A stretch of 64,000 nt of DNA, taken from Candidatus Competibacteraceae bacterium (lineage in GTDB: Bacteria > Pseudomonadota > Gammaproteobacteria > Competibacterales > Competibacteraceae). Position numbers and translations under genes: made by a program. The notes under the pieces were generated by a model. That model saw only the letters and a list, made by a program, of their open reading frames with translations. It had not been told where the DNA came from and made no database searches. The stretch spans positions 1 through 64,000 of the forward strand of contig RXIW01000010.1 in the NCBI GenBank assembly GCA_003989065.1. The letters run 5' to 3'. Positions 55,504-64,000 of the stretch are shown here, one piece after another (within the stretch, counting starts at the first letter, position 1; each line of letters begins with the position of its first letter).

Positions 55504-56823
55504 ATGATATCCGCTCTGCTGCCTTTGCTGTCGTCGACCGCCGCCCTGGATGCGCCCATCGCCTGGCGTGGCGGTCGCCCGGTCAGCCGCGCGCTGTTCC
55601 TGCACCACATTGCGGCGGTCGCCCGACGCTTGCCGCCGGCCCGCTACATTTTCAACCTGTGCGAAGATCGCTATGGCTTCCTGGTGGCTTTCGCCGCAGT
55701 GGGGGTGAATGGCCAAATCAATCTGCTGCCGTCCAGTCGCGCCCGTCTGCATGTGCAACAACTGGCCGCGGACTATCCAGACAACCGTGCGATCACCGAC
55801 GCCGACCTCGAACGCTGGCTCGACCCGACGCCTGTTACTACTGCAGCGTCCGCCATTCCCGAATTATCGGACGAGCAGGTGATCGCGATCGCTTTCACCT
55901 CCGGCAGCACTGGCCGCGCCAGCCCCCATCCGAAAACCTGGGGCGAACTGGTGCGCGGTGCGGGCCAAACCCGACAGCGTTTCGGTTTCGCGCAGACCAT
56001 GGCCATCGTCGCTACCGTCCCGCCCCAACACGTCTATGGCCTGGAAACCTCCATCATGGCCCCGCTGGTCAGTGGGGTCAGCATCCACACCGGTCGGCCG
56101 TTTTTCCCGGCTGACGTGGGCGCGGCCCTGGCAACCGTGCCTGCCCCGCGCGTGTTGGTGACCACGCCGCTGCACCTGCGCGCCTGCGTCGCCGCCGGTT
56201 TGCGCTGGCCGGCGGTGGTCTTTCTACTATCGGCGACAGCGCCGCTGACAGCCGATCTTGCCGCCCAAGCCGAGGAAGCCTTCGGCGCGCCCGTGCTGGA
56301 AATCTACGGTTGCACCGAAACCGGTGCCATCGCCAGTCGCCGTACCGTGGTCGGCCAGCGCTGGCGTCTATATGACGGGCTGCGACTGGGCGATGGCGGT
56401 CTGTTCGATCCGCAGCGATCGGCCCCGTTCGTCCTGAACGATATCGTCGAACCCTGCGGCGAATTCGAATTCAAGCTACTGGGCCGCCGCGAAGATCTGA
56501 TCAACATCGCTGGCAAACGAACCTCGCTCGATTATCTCAACCACCAGCTCAACCAGATTGCAGGCGTCGTGGAAGGCGTCTTCGTCATGCCCGAAGCCAC
56601 GGGAAGCGAGCTTAGGCGACTCATGGTCGTGGTCGTGGCGCCCGGCGTGAGCGAGCGGCAATTGCTGGCTGCGTTGGCGCAACGGCTGGACCCGGTGTTC
56701 CTGCCTCGACCGCTGATCAAGGTCGCCGCCTTGCCTCGCAACGCCACCGGCAAGCTCAGCCGGGAAGACTTGTTGGCGCTGGTCGATCCACGCCAGCCAT
56801 CGACTGTGGCCCGCCATGAGTGA
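55504..56823 (+). CDS. AMP-dependent synthetase/ligase (acyl-AMP/acyl-CoA ligase family, short form)
   Basis: About 439 aa from MISALLP (ATG at 55504). The adenylation core motif IAFTSGSTGRASPHPKTW and the YGCTETG region are present. Confidence 0.65.
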   Translation: MISALLPLLSSTAALDAPIAWRGGRPVSRALFLHHIAAVARRLPPARYIFNLCEDRYGFLVAFAAVGVNGQINLLPSSRARLHVQQLAADYPDNRAITDADLERWLDPTPVTTAASAIPELSDEQVIAIAFTSGSTGRASPHPKTWGELVRGAGQTRQRFGFAQTMAIVATVPPQHVYGLETSIMAPLVSGVSIHTGRPFFPADVGAALATVPAPRVLVTTPLHLRACVAAGLRWPAVVFLLSATAPLTADLAAQAEEAFGAPVLEIYGCTETGAIASRRTVVGQRWRLYDGLRLGDGGLFDPQRSAPFVLNDIVEPCGEFEFKLLGRREDLINIAGKRTSLDYLNHQLNQIAGVVEGVFVMPEATGSELRRLMVVVVAPGVSERQLLAALAQRLDPVFLPRPLIKVAALPRNATGKLSREDLLALVDPRQPSTVARHE

Positions 56824-57121
56824 GCGACGCTATCGGATCGCTGCCGACCATCCCAGCCTGACCGGTCATTTTCCCGGAGATCCGATCGTGCCGGGGGTGG
56901 TGATCCTGGAAGAGGTGGTGCGGGCCTGCGCGGTGTGGCGACCGGCTGACCGGCCGATCGGGATAGCGACGGTCAAATTCCTGCTGCCGCTGCGGCCGGA
57001 GCAGGCGTTCAGCATCCGGTTCGAAGCTGTCGGCCCCAATGGGGTTCGGTTTGAATGCATCCGGGACGACGGCCAGCCGCTGGCCAGCGGTCGTTTGACC
57101 GTCATGCGCGTCGACAATTGA
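56816..57121 (+). CDS. FabZ/FabA-like hotdog-fold (3-hydroxyacyl-ACP) dehydratase, short form
   Basis: 101 aa. HFPGDPIVPGVVILEEV matches the FabZ active-site His motif. Its ATG overlaps the ligase stop by 8 nt, which suggests translational coupling. Confidence 0.6.
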   Translation: MSERRYRIAADHPSLTGHFPGDPIVPGVVILEEVVRACAVWRPADRPIGIATVKFLLPLRPEQAFSIRFEAVGPNGVRFECIRDDGQPLASGRLTVMRVDN

Positions 57122-57197
57122 ATGCCGATGGATTCCCCCAGCGGCCGGTCCAATTTGCCTATTCGATAAAACAACCCGCCAGGAGCCTCGAATCGAT

Positions 57198-58400
57198 ATG
57201 AACTGGCCCAATACCGCATTGACCGAACGACTCGGCATTTCCTATCCCATCATCCAGGCCCCCATGGCCGGTGGTCCTGGTTCTCCGCAACTGGTGGCGG
57301 CGGTATCCAACGCCGGTGGTCTAGGTAGTCTGGCCGGCGGTTATCTGCACGCCGATCAATTGCGGGCCGCGATTACCGAGGTGCGCGCCCTGACCGACCG
57401 GCCGTTTGCGGTCAATCTGACGGCGCTCAAGCCAGCCAAACCCGACCCTGCCAAGGTCGCGCGCGCTTGCGAGCTGCTGGCGCCGTACCGGGCCGAATTG
57501 GGGTTGCCGCCCGAATTCCCCGAAATGCCGGAGCCACCGGGCCTCGACGAACAGCTCGACGTCATCCTGGATATGCAGATATCCGTGTTGAGTTTTGTCT
57601 TCGGTGCGCCGGACAGCGAATATCTGACGCTGTTGCAGGAGGCGGGCATCACCATTCTGGGTACGGCCACCCATCTGCTGGAAGCGATCATGCTGGAGGA
57701 AAGCGGGGTCGATTTCATCGTTGCCCAAGGTGGGGAGGCCGGCGGGCTTCGCGGCACCTTCGTCGGTCAGCCCGAACAGGGACTGGTCGGCATCATGACC
57801 CTGGTCCCGCTGCTGGCCAAGCACGTGGCGGCCCCGATCATCGCCGCCGGTGGCATCATGGATGGGCGCGGCATCGCCGCCACCCAAGTGCTGGGCGCGG
57901 CTGGGGTGCAGATGGGGACCGCCTTTCTGGGCTGTCCCGAGAGTGGCGCGCATCCGGCCTATAAGGCGCTGCTCAGCGCAGGAAGCGAGATCGCTACTAC
58001 CCTCAGCCGTGCCCTGACTGGCCGCCATGGCCGGGTATTGCGCAATCGTCTGGTCAACGAGCTGCATCGCCATGAGGCCGAGCTGCCCGGTTTTCCGCTG
58101 CAGCTGTTCCTGACCCAGGACCTGCGACAGGCCGCCATGGAACGGGGTCTGACCGATTTCATGGCCCTGTGGGCCGGCCAGGGTTGCCATCTGTGCGAAG
58201 ACCGCCCGGCGGCCGAATTGATCGCGACCTGGGTCGAGCAGGTGGAGGATTTGCTGGGCGTCCGCACGCCGGACCCCTCATCGGCGATTGCTGCGCCAGC
58301 GGACGAATCGCACGCGGCGGACCCGGTGGACCCAGCGCCGGCTGCGCGTGCACCGGAAGCGACTGTGGACGATGCGCCCGATCCGGCTTGCGCCATCTGA
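57198..58400 (+). CDS. nitronate monooxygenase family FMN oxidoreductase (FabK-like enoyl reductase family)
   Basis: 400 aa. YPIIQAPMAGGPGSPQLVAAVSNAGGLGSL is the NMO/FabK signature. There is an acidic, Pro/Ala-rich C-terminal tail. Confidence 0.8.
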   Translation: MNWPNTALTERLGISYPIIQAPMAGGPGSPQLVAAVSNAGGLGSLAGGYLHADQLRAAITEVRALTDRPFAVNLTALKPAKPDPAKVARACELLAPYRAELGLPPEFPEMPEPPGLDEQLDVILDMQISVLSFVFGAPDSEYLTLLQEAGITILGTATHLLEAIMLEESGVDFIVAQGGEAGGLRGTFVGQPEQGLVGIMTLVPLLAKHVAAPIIAAGGIMDGRGIAATQVLGAAGVQMGTAFLGCPESGAHPAYKALLSAGSEIATTLSRALTGRHGRVLRNRLVNELHRHEAELPGFPLQLFLTQDLRQAAMERGLTDFMALWAGQGCHLCEDRPAAELIATWVEQVEDLLGVRTPDPSSAIAAPADESHAADPVDPAPAARAPEATVDDAPDPACAI

Positions 58401-58411
58401 CCAGACTATTT

Positions 58412-58972
58412 CTACCCTGCGCCTTCGCCGAGCAGCCGGTGCAGCCGTATCCAGTCGAAGGCGGGGCCTGGATCGGTCTTGCGCTCTGGCGCGATATCGG
58501 CATGGCCGGTCAGCCGATCGGGGGTAATGGCGGGATACGCCTGGCGCAGCGCCAGGATCGCAGCCGCCAGCGGAGGGTATTGGCGGTCGTCATAGGGCGT
58601 CTGATCGGCGCCTTCCAGTTCGATGCCGATGCTGAAGTCATTGCAGCGCCGCCGACCGGCGTAGACCGACTCGCCCGCATGCCAGGCCCGACGGTGGAAC
58701 GGCGCGTATTGCACCAGTTCGCCGTCTCGCCGAATCAGCAGGTGGGCCGATACCTGCAAGCCGGCGATGGTCTGGAAATACGGGTGTGCGCTGGGGTCGA
58801 GCGTGTTGGTGAACAGCGCATCGATCCACGGTCCTCCGAAGTCGTCCGGCGGCAGGCTGATGCCATGGATGACGATCAGATCCACCGCCATACCGGTCGG
58901 CCGATCGTCGCAGTTTGGCGAAGCCCGATAGCGCGCCGCGTCCAGTAGCCCTGTCGTTAAATCAACGTGCAT
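58412..58972 (-). CDS. ampD: 1,6-anhydro-N-acetylmuramyl-L-alanine amidase
   Basis: 186 aa with Amidase_2 motifs (IVIHGISLPP, AWHAGES, HADIAPERKTDPG). Confidence 0.85.
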   Translation of the reverse strand: MHVDLTTGLLDAARYRASPNCDDRPTGMAVDLIVIHGISLPPDDFGGPWIDALFTNTLDPSAHPYFQTIAGLQVSAHLLIRRDGELVQYAPFHRRAWHAGESVYAGRRRCNDFSIGIELEGADQTPYDDRQYPPLAAAILALRQAYPAITPDRLTGHADIAPERKTDPGPAFDWIRLHRLLGEGAG

Positions 58973-58978
58973 GGCCCA

Positions 58979-61483
58979 TCACAGCACAAGTTGTTCGAAG
59001 TTGTAGTTCATGTCGGTATGCGGCCGCTGCAGGAAGAATCCCTGCACGTAATCGATGCCGCACGACCACAACACCGGCAAGACCATGGCGTCCTCGATAC
59101 CGGTCACGATGGTCGTTACCCCTAGGGTGGACAGGCCGCGGGCCAGATAGCTGAGCTGCTGCTGATGGACCTTGTCGTCGAGCACGCTCTGGACGAATCG
59201 ACTATCCAGCTTGACATAGTCGGCCTGCATCGCCTGCACCAGCGCCTGGGCGCGCTCCTGACCACTGAAATGATCCAGCGAGATCCCGCAACCGAGACCC
59301 TTGAGCTGGCGCAGGAACGGGAGCAGGGCCTGTTGGTGCAGGGACGCCGTGCTTTCCACCATTTCGAACACCAGGCTGGCGGCGGCTACGCCGGTTTTTT
59401 GCAGGCCGTTTTGCAGCCAGTTCAGCAGTTCCTCGTCCTGCAGGATGGTGGGCGAGATGTTGATGAACAGGATCACCGACTGGCCGCGCGCCTGGCGCTC
59501 CCGCAGGATTCGAATGGAATGGGCGATGACCCAGCGATCCAGCACCATGCCGATCCGATGCCGCTTGACCATGGAGAACACGGTTTCCGGCAGCAGCTCC
59601 CAGCCTTCCCGATTGCGCATCCGCAACAGCACTTCGTAACGCTCGGTGGTGTCGCCGCGCAAGCTGACGATCGGCTGGAACAGTAAATTCATCCGTTGCT
59701 GCTGCACCGCTTCACGAATCTCATCCAGCATGAGCCGCTGTCGCGTGTTGTCGGCATCCGGTTCGGTGCTCTTGCCGTGCTGGACATGAATCCGGGTGTC
59801 CTTGCTGTCCCGGGCCATGCCGCAGGCCAGGTCGGCCTGCTGGATCAGCGTGGCGGCATCGCGCGTGGCGGAGCTGGCAACGCTGATGCCGGTGCTGGTG
59901 TGCAGCAGAAAACGCTTGCCGGCGATGAGGTAGGGATCGCTTTCCAGACTTGCCTGGGCGGCGCGCGCCGTGGCCATCAACGATTGCTGGTTGGCGAAGC
60001 CGAGCAGGACCGTGAAGACGGCATCGCCGAACCGGGCGATGATCGGATCGGGTCCCAACGCGGCTTGCAGGCGCATGGCGGCCTGTTCGATCACATCGTC
60101 GGCCGCCGACACATCCTGGCTTTCGATATGGCGGAGATCGTCCAGCGCGATCAGCATGACGGCTACGGATTGGGTGCTGGCTGCGGTGGCCACCAGGGCC
60201 CGCTCCAGTTGGACGAGGAAGTACGGCCGGTTGTACAGGCCGCTCACGGTGTCCCGGTTGCTGAGCTGGCTGAACTTGCGATGCAGGCCATGCCCTTGCC
60301 GCAGCCGGTGGGTGGCGGTCGCGACCAGCAGTTCCGGTTCCAGCGGCCTGCTCAGAAAAGTCGCATTGCTCAGACCCACCACCGACAGGCGCTGGCCGAT
60401 ATCGGCCCGGGCCGACAGCAGGATCAGCGGCAATCCCCGAAACGACTCGTGTTGCTGGAGCGCCTGGGCCAGCATCAAGCCGTCGGTCTCCTTCAAGTCC
60501 AGGCTCATGATCAACAGGCTGGGCTGCACATTTCGCAGCATCTGCAGGATCTGCAGCGGTTGAGCCAGCACATGGGTCGCCATGCCGCGGCTGCTCAACA
60601 AGCGGGCGATCTCGCGCGCGGCGTGCAAGGTGTCTTCGATGATCAGCACGCGATGATTGAGCGCCTTCAGCGCCTGCTCGTCCAGAGTTTCCAACAGGGT
60701 CGACATATTGACCGGCTTGACGAAATAGCCCGCGCCACCCGCTTGCACCGCTTCGAGCCGGGCGGTGATATCACCCCGATCGGCCAGGAAGAACATCGGA
60801 ATTTCCGGGGCCAGCCGTTGCCGTAGCGCGGCGAGTTCGCGCAGGCTGGTCTGACGATCGGTCTTGCCGGCGAGATGATCCAGATCGACGACCAGGGCGA
60901 TCGGCTGCTCGGATTGCGCCAGCAGTGCGTCGATCTCGCTTAGGCTGTCATAGAATTCGATTTTGAAGCAGCCGCGCTGCTGCAGTTTGCGTCCTAACTC
61001 GTGCACGGCAGCCGGCGCTACCAGCCAGATCGATGGGGTGATAGGCGATTTCTCGCTCATGCCCGGTTGGCTGGCTTCCCCGAACCCCCACTTCGAAAAC
61101 AAGGGTAGCGTTAGCCCTTCGGCCTGGCGGAGAGCCCCCGGATCGCTGATCTTATTCAGATCACTATCGAGATCTCCGGGTCTCGACGCCGCCCGGCAGA
61201 GCGCGTCTACGACCGCGATCAGCTGCTCCCGATCGGCCCCGCCGGGTAGCTCGCCTTTCTCCAGCGATTGACTGATCTGCCGTTCCAGCCGTTCGGCCAG
61301 TACGACGACCTTACGATACTCCAGCCGCGGTCTGGCCAGGGTCAGGACGTCTTGGGCGGCTTTTTGCAAGAGCACGAAAAATTCTTGGCTCCACTTGACG
61401 TAGACGAGCTTTTCGGCCAGATCTTCGATGCGTTGCAGCTTGCCGGCGAGCGCATCCGGGAGTGGTGAGTTCATGGGTTCCAT
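58979..61483 (-). CDS. FimX-like c-di-GMP receptor: REC-like N-terminal domains, degenerate GGDEF (GDAVF), EAL with EVL motif
   Basis: 834 aa. The GGDEF domain has RFGDAVF in place of RxGGEEF. The EAL domain has YEVLLR in place of EALxR, the same 'EVL' degeneracy that characterises P. aeruginosa FimX. The start was verified at 61483. Confidence 0.7.
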   Translation of the reverse strand: MEPMNSPLPDALAGKLQRIEDLAEKLVYVKWSQEFFVLLQKAAQDVLTLARPRLEYRKVVVLAERLERQISQSLEKGELPGGADREQLIAVVDALCRAASRPGDLDSDLNKISDPGALRQAEGLTLPLFSKWGFGEASQPGMSEKSPITPSIWLVAPAAVHELGRKLQQRGCFKIEFYDSLSEIDALLAQSEQPIALVVDLDHLAGKTDRQTSLRELAALRQRLAPEIPMFFLADRGDITARLEAVQAGGAGYFVKPVNMSTLLETLDEQALKALNHRVLIIEDTLHAAREIARLLSSRGMATHVLAQPLQILQMLRNVQPSLLIMSLDLKETDGLMLAQALQQHESFRGLPLILLSARADIGQRLSVVGLSNATFLSRPLEPELLVATATHRLRQGHGLHRKFSQLSNRDTVSGLYNRPYFLVQLERALVATAASTQSVAVMLIALDDLRHIESQDVSAADDVIEQAAMRLQAALGPDPIIARFGDAVFTVLLGFANQQSLMATARAAQASLESDPYLIAGKRFLLHTSTGISVASSATRDAATLIQQADLACGMARDSKDTRIHVQHGKSTEPDADNTRQRLMLDEIREAVQQQRMNLLFQPIVSLRGDTTERYEVLLRMRNREGWELLPETVFSMVKRHRIGMVLDRWVIAHSIRILRERQARGQSVILFINISPTILQDEELLNWLQNGLQKTGVAAASLVFEMVESTASLHQQALLPFLRQLKGLGCGISLDHFSGQERAQALVQAMQADYVKLDSRFVQSVLDDKVHQQQLSYLARGLSTLGVTTIVTGIEDAMVLPVLWSCGIDYVQGFFLQRPHTDMNYNFEQLVL

Positions 61484-61844
61484 AATTCAGTTTCTCGCGA
61501 TGCTGGCGACTTGAATAATGGGCGATTATCCATCGGATTTTCGCTGGACATCATCCACGCGCGGACAAAATTCCAGTCACGACCCGTGCGGGCTGGAATT
61601 TTTCTAGGTGTAAGATGATGCCATGATTTGTAACAAAGCATCCATGAACCGACAGACTAGCTCATGTTCGAGCAGGATGAACACCAAGATATTATAGCGT
61701 AGTGCGTCAGTTACAAACTGAAAGAGCGAAACGCGAAGCGCTCGATCACTTCGCATTTCGCTCTGATGGCCCGAGTCGTCAGGTCCGAGTGCTGTTATTC
61801 TCCGCGCCTCCTGTCAGGGAAGCGCGTCAACGCCGATCAGGCGG

Positions 61845-62864
61845 TCACTGGGCTTCCAGATGATAGGAAATGATCCGCTCGACTTCGCTCTTGGACCCCA
61901 TGATTACCGAGCAGCGCTGATGCAGCCCGGTGGGTTCCAACTCCATGATGCGTTGCGTACCGGTGGTGGACAGCCCACCCGCCTGTTCGACGATGAAGCT
62001 CATCGGATTGGCTTCGTATAGCAGGCGTAGCTTGCCTTCCTGATTCTTGGCGCGCAGCTTGCGGTCGATCGGATACATGAACACGCCGCCCTGGCACAGA
62101 ACCCGGTGGATATCGGCGATCATCGCCCCGGCCCAGCGCATATTGAAATCCTTGCGGCGCGGCCCTTCCCGGCCGGCCAGGCATTCGTCGATGTAGCGCC
62201 GTACCGGTGGATCCCAGAACCGCATGTAGGATGCATTGATGGAAAAGTCGTGGCTATCCTCGGGGATCCGCATATCGGGGTTGGTCAGGATGAACTCGCC
62301 GATACGCTGGTCCAGGGTAAAGCCGTTGACCCCGTGACCGGTCGTCAGCACCATCATCGTCGACGGGCCATACAGGGCATATCCGCCGCAGACCTGACGG
62401 GTACCCGGCTGCAGGAAGTCTTCCTCGGTCGGTTCGCCGCTCGAGTCGTCGGGGCGACGCAGGATGGAGAAGATGGTGCCGACCGCGCCGTTGACGTCGG
62501 AATTGGAAGAGCCGTCCAGCGGATCGAACACCAACAGGTACTTGCCGCGCGGATACTGCAGGGGCAGTTGATAGACGTTGTTCATCTCTTCGGAGGCTAG
62601 GCCGGCGACCTGGCCGCCCCACTCGGTGCGCCTGATGAACAGGTTGTTGGAGATTACATCCAACTTTTTCTGAGTCTCGCCCTGGATGTTCTCGGTATCA
62701 GCGGTGCCGAGCACGCCCACCAGGCTGCCGTAGCGAACGGCGCTGGAAATCGATTTGCAGGCAATCACGACGTCGTTGATCAGGGCAGTGAAGTTGCCCG
62801 TGACGTTTTTCATACGTCGTTGTTCTTGAATAATAAATTCAGTGATCGTGGTACCGATAGGCAT
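61845..62864 (-). CDS. fbp: fructose-1,6-bisphosphatase class 1
   Basis: 339 aa. MPIGTTITEFIIQEQ..., metal-site motifs DPLDGSSN and GxxYxxGS. Start verified at 62864. Confidence 0.9.
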   Translation of the reverse strand: MPIGTTITEFIIQEQRRMKNVTGNFTALINDVVIACKSISSAVRYGSLVGVLGTADTENIQGETQKKLDVISNNLFIRRTEWGGQVAGLASEEMNNVYQLPLQYPRGKYLLVFDPLDGSSNSDVNGAVGTIFSILRRPDDSSGEPTEEDFLQPGTRQVCGGYALYGPSTMMVLTTGHGVNGFTLDQRIGEFILTNPDMRIPEDSHDFSINASYMRFWDPPVRRYIDECLAGREGPRRKDFNMRWAGAMIADIHRVLCQGGVFMYPIDRKLRAKNQEGKLRLLYEANPMSFIVEQAGGLSTTGTQRIMELEPTGLHQRCSVIMGSKSEVERIISYHLEAQ

Positions 62865-63061
62865 GATGGTTGTCCCTGGAATGATGTGAAGCCAATACGG
62901 TACGGCGGCATGGAGTCGCGTCCGTCAAGCCACTCGGTCATTATACCCTTTGCCACAGGTATTTCATGGTTTTTGGGGGTCGATCACGAAATTTATGTCG
63001 CAACGCAACATTTTTTGCTACACTGTTTTTACCTAGGAAATACTGAACTCTGGAGGGTCCT

Positions 63062-63409
63062 ATGAACGAATTGTTGGCTTCCGGCCCAGCGCCGCTCAAA
63101 CCATGGATCACTTCCCTGACGAGGACCAATCAGTTCGCCGCCGGCCAACTGGAAAAATGGGCCACCTTACAAATGGATAAGCTCAGATCCTATGTCGATC
63201 TGGGCGTCGCCCAGGCCAAGGTCGCTTTCAAAGTCTCCGACCCACACAGTCTCTACGACTTCGTGGATAGCCAGTTTGCCGTATGCAGTTTCGTTGGCCA
63301 CCGGATCGTGGACGATGGCCGCGCGCTGGTCGATTGGAGCAACGATTGCGCCATCCAGGCGCATCGGGTGGGGCGGGCGAACATGCTGAGCTTACTATTC
63401 AAGGATTGA
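63062..63409 (+). CDS. putative phasin-family protein
   Basis: 115 aa. NQFAAGQLEKWATLQMDKLRSYVDLGVAQAKVA resembles the phasin_2 N-terminal pattern. Strong GGAGGG Shine-Dalgarno. The assignment is tentative. Confidence 0.4.
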   Translation: MNELLASGPAPLKPWITSLTRTNQFAAGQLEKWATLQMDKLRSYVDLGVAQAKVAFKVSDPHSLYDFVDSQFAVCSFVGHRIVDDGRALVDWSNDCAIQAHRVGRANMLSLLFKD

Positions 63410-63493
63410 CGCGCATCATCCATGATGGAACACAATGCATGACAGTGGTTGCCGCCGGCCGTATCGACCGGCGGCGTGGTTATGCCATATCGT

Positions 63494-64000
63494 TCAATTG
63501 ACTGACGGCAGGCTGGCCAGCGACCACCGCGGTAGTACTTCGATCGCTGGCTCGTCGTATTGTCCCGCCGCCAACCGCCGCCAGCCCGCATAGGCGATCA
63601 TCGCTCCATTGTCGGTGCAGAATTCCAGCCGCGGGTAATGGACTTGCCCGCCCAGCTCCGCCACCAATTCCCGCAGCCGTTCCCGCAAGCGCTGGTTGGC
63701 GCCCACGCCACCTGCCACCACCAGCCGCCGCAGGCGGGTCGCCTGCAAGGCGCGCCGACACTTGATCATCATGGTCTCGACCACGGCATTCTCGAAGGCG
63801 CGCGCCACATCGGCCCGATTCTGCGGCGTCGGTTCCAGCCCCCGCCAGGTGTTGATGGCGGCGGTCTTTAGCCCACTGAAGCTGAAGTTGCAGCCGGGGC
63901 GGTCGGTCATCGGCCGCGGGAAGACGAAGCGATCTGGATCGCCCTGTTCGGCCAGTTTGGCCAGCGCTGGCCCGCCCGGATAGGGCAGACCCAGTAGCTT
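63494..64000 (-). CDS. tsaD: tRNA N6-adenosine threonylcarbamoyltransferase (partial: C-terminal part only, 5' end beyond window)
   Basis: [10 protein letters not shown]...[16 protein letters not shown]...[15 protein letters not shown] is the conserved Kae1/TsaD C-terminal region. The gene runs off the right edge of the window. Confidence 0.85.
   Translation of the reverse strand, partial: KLLGLPYPGGPALAKLAEQGDPDRFVFPRPMTDRPGCNFSFSGLKTAAINTWRGLEPTPQNRADVARAFENAVVETMMIKCRRALQATRLRRLVVAGGVGANQRLRERLRELVAELGGQVHYPRLEFCTDNGAMIAYAGWRRLAAGQYDEPAIEVLPRWSLASLPSVN

Overview
This window looks like a GC-rich (~65%) gammaproteobacterial chromosomal segment with dense coding on both strands. Most of it is conserved housekeeping synteny: pyrD, dusA, gmk-rpoZ-spoT-ridA-recG, smc, degP, accA-tilS-pyrG-kdsA-eno-ftsB-ispD-ispF, truD, ampD, fbp and a partial tsaD. 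Interleaved with this are: (i) a twitching-motility and c-di-GMP signalling set (HIT, a tonB3-like gene and gshB on the minus strand, then a divergent pilI-pilJ-chpA-chpC core; an orphan PilT/PilU-family ATPase; a FimX-like degenerate GGDEF-EAL protein; a globin-coupled diguanylate cyclase); (ii) glycan genes (glgP, a secreted discoidin plus clan GH-A hydrolase, a GT1-fold glycosyltransferase); (iii) a three-gene acyl-modification module (AMP-ligase, FabZ-like hotdog, FabK-like NMO); (iv) a ~2 kb accessory patch at 9.36-11.35 kb. That patch has a ~1 kb gene-free stretch carrying a degenerate tRNA-like element, a tRNA 3'-half fragment and several hairpins, followed by a low-GC islet with a divergent dual-specificity phosphatase / small secreted protein pair. 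I found no CRISPR array, transposase, integrase or recognisable defence system. All assignments rest on motif and synteny recognition by eye from the six-frame translations; no database search was run.
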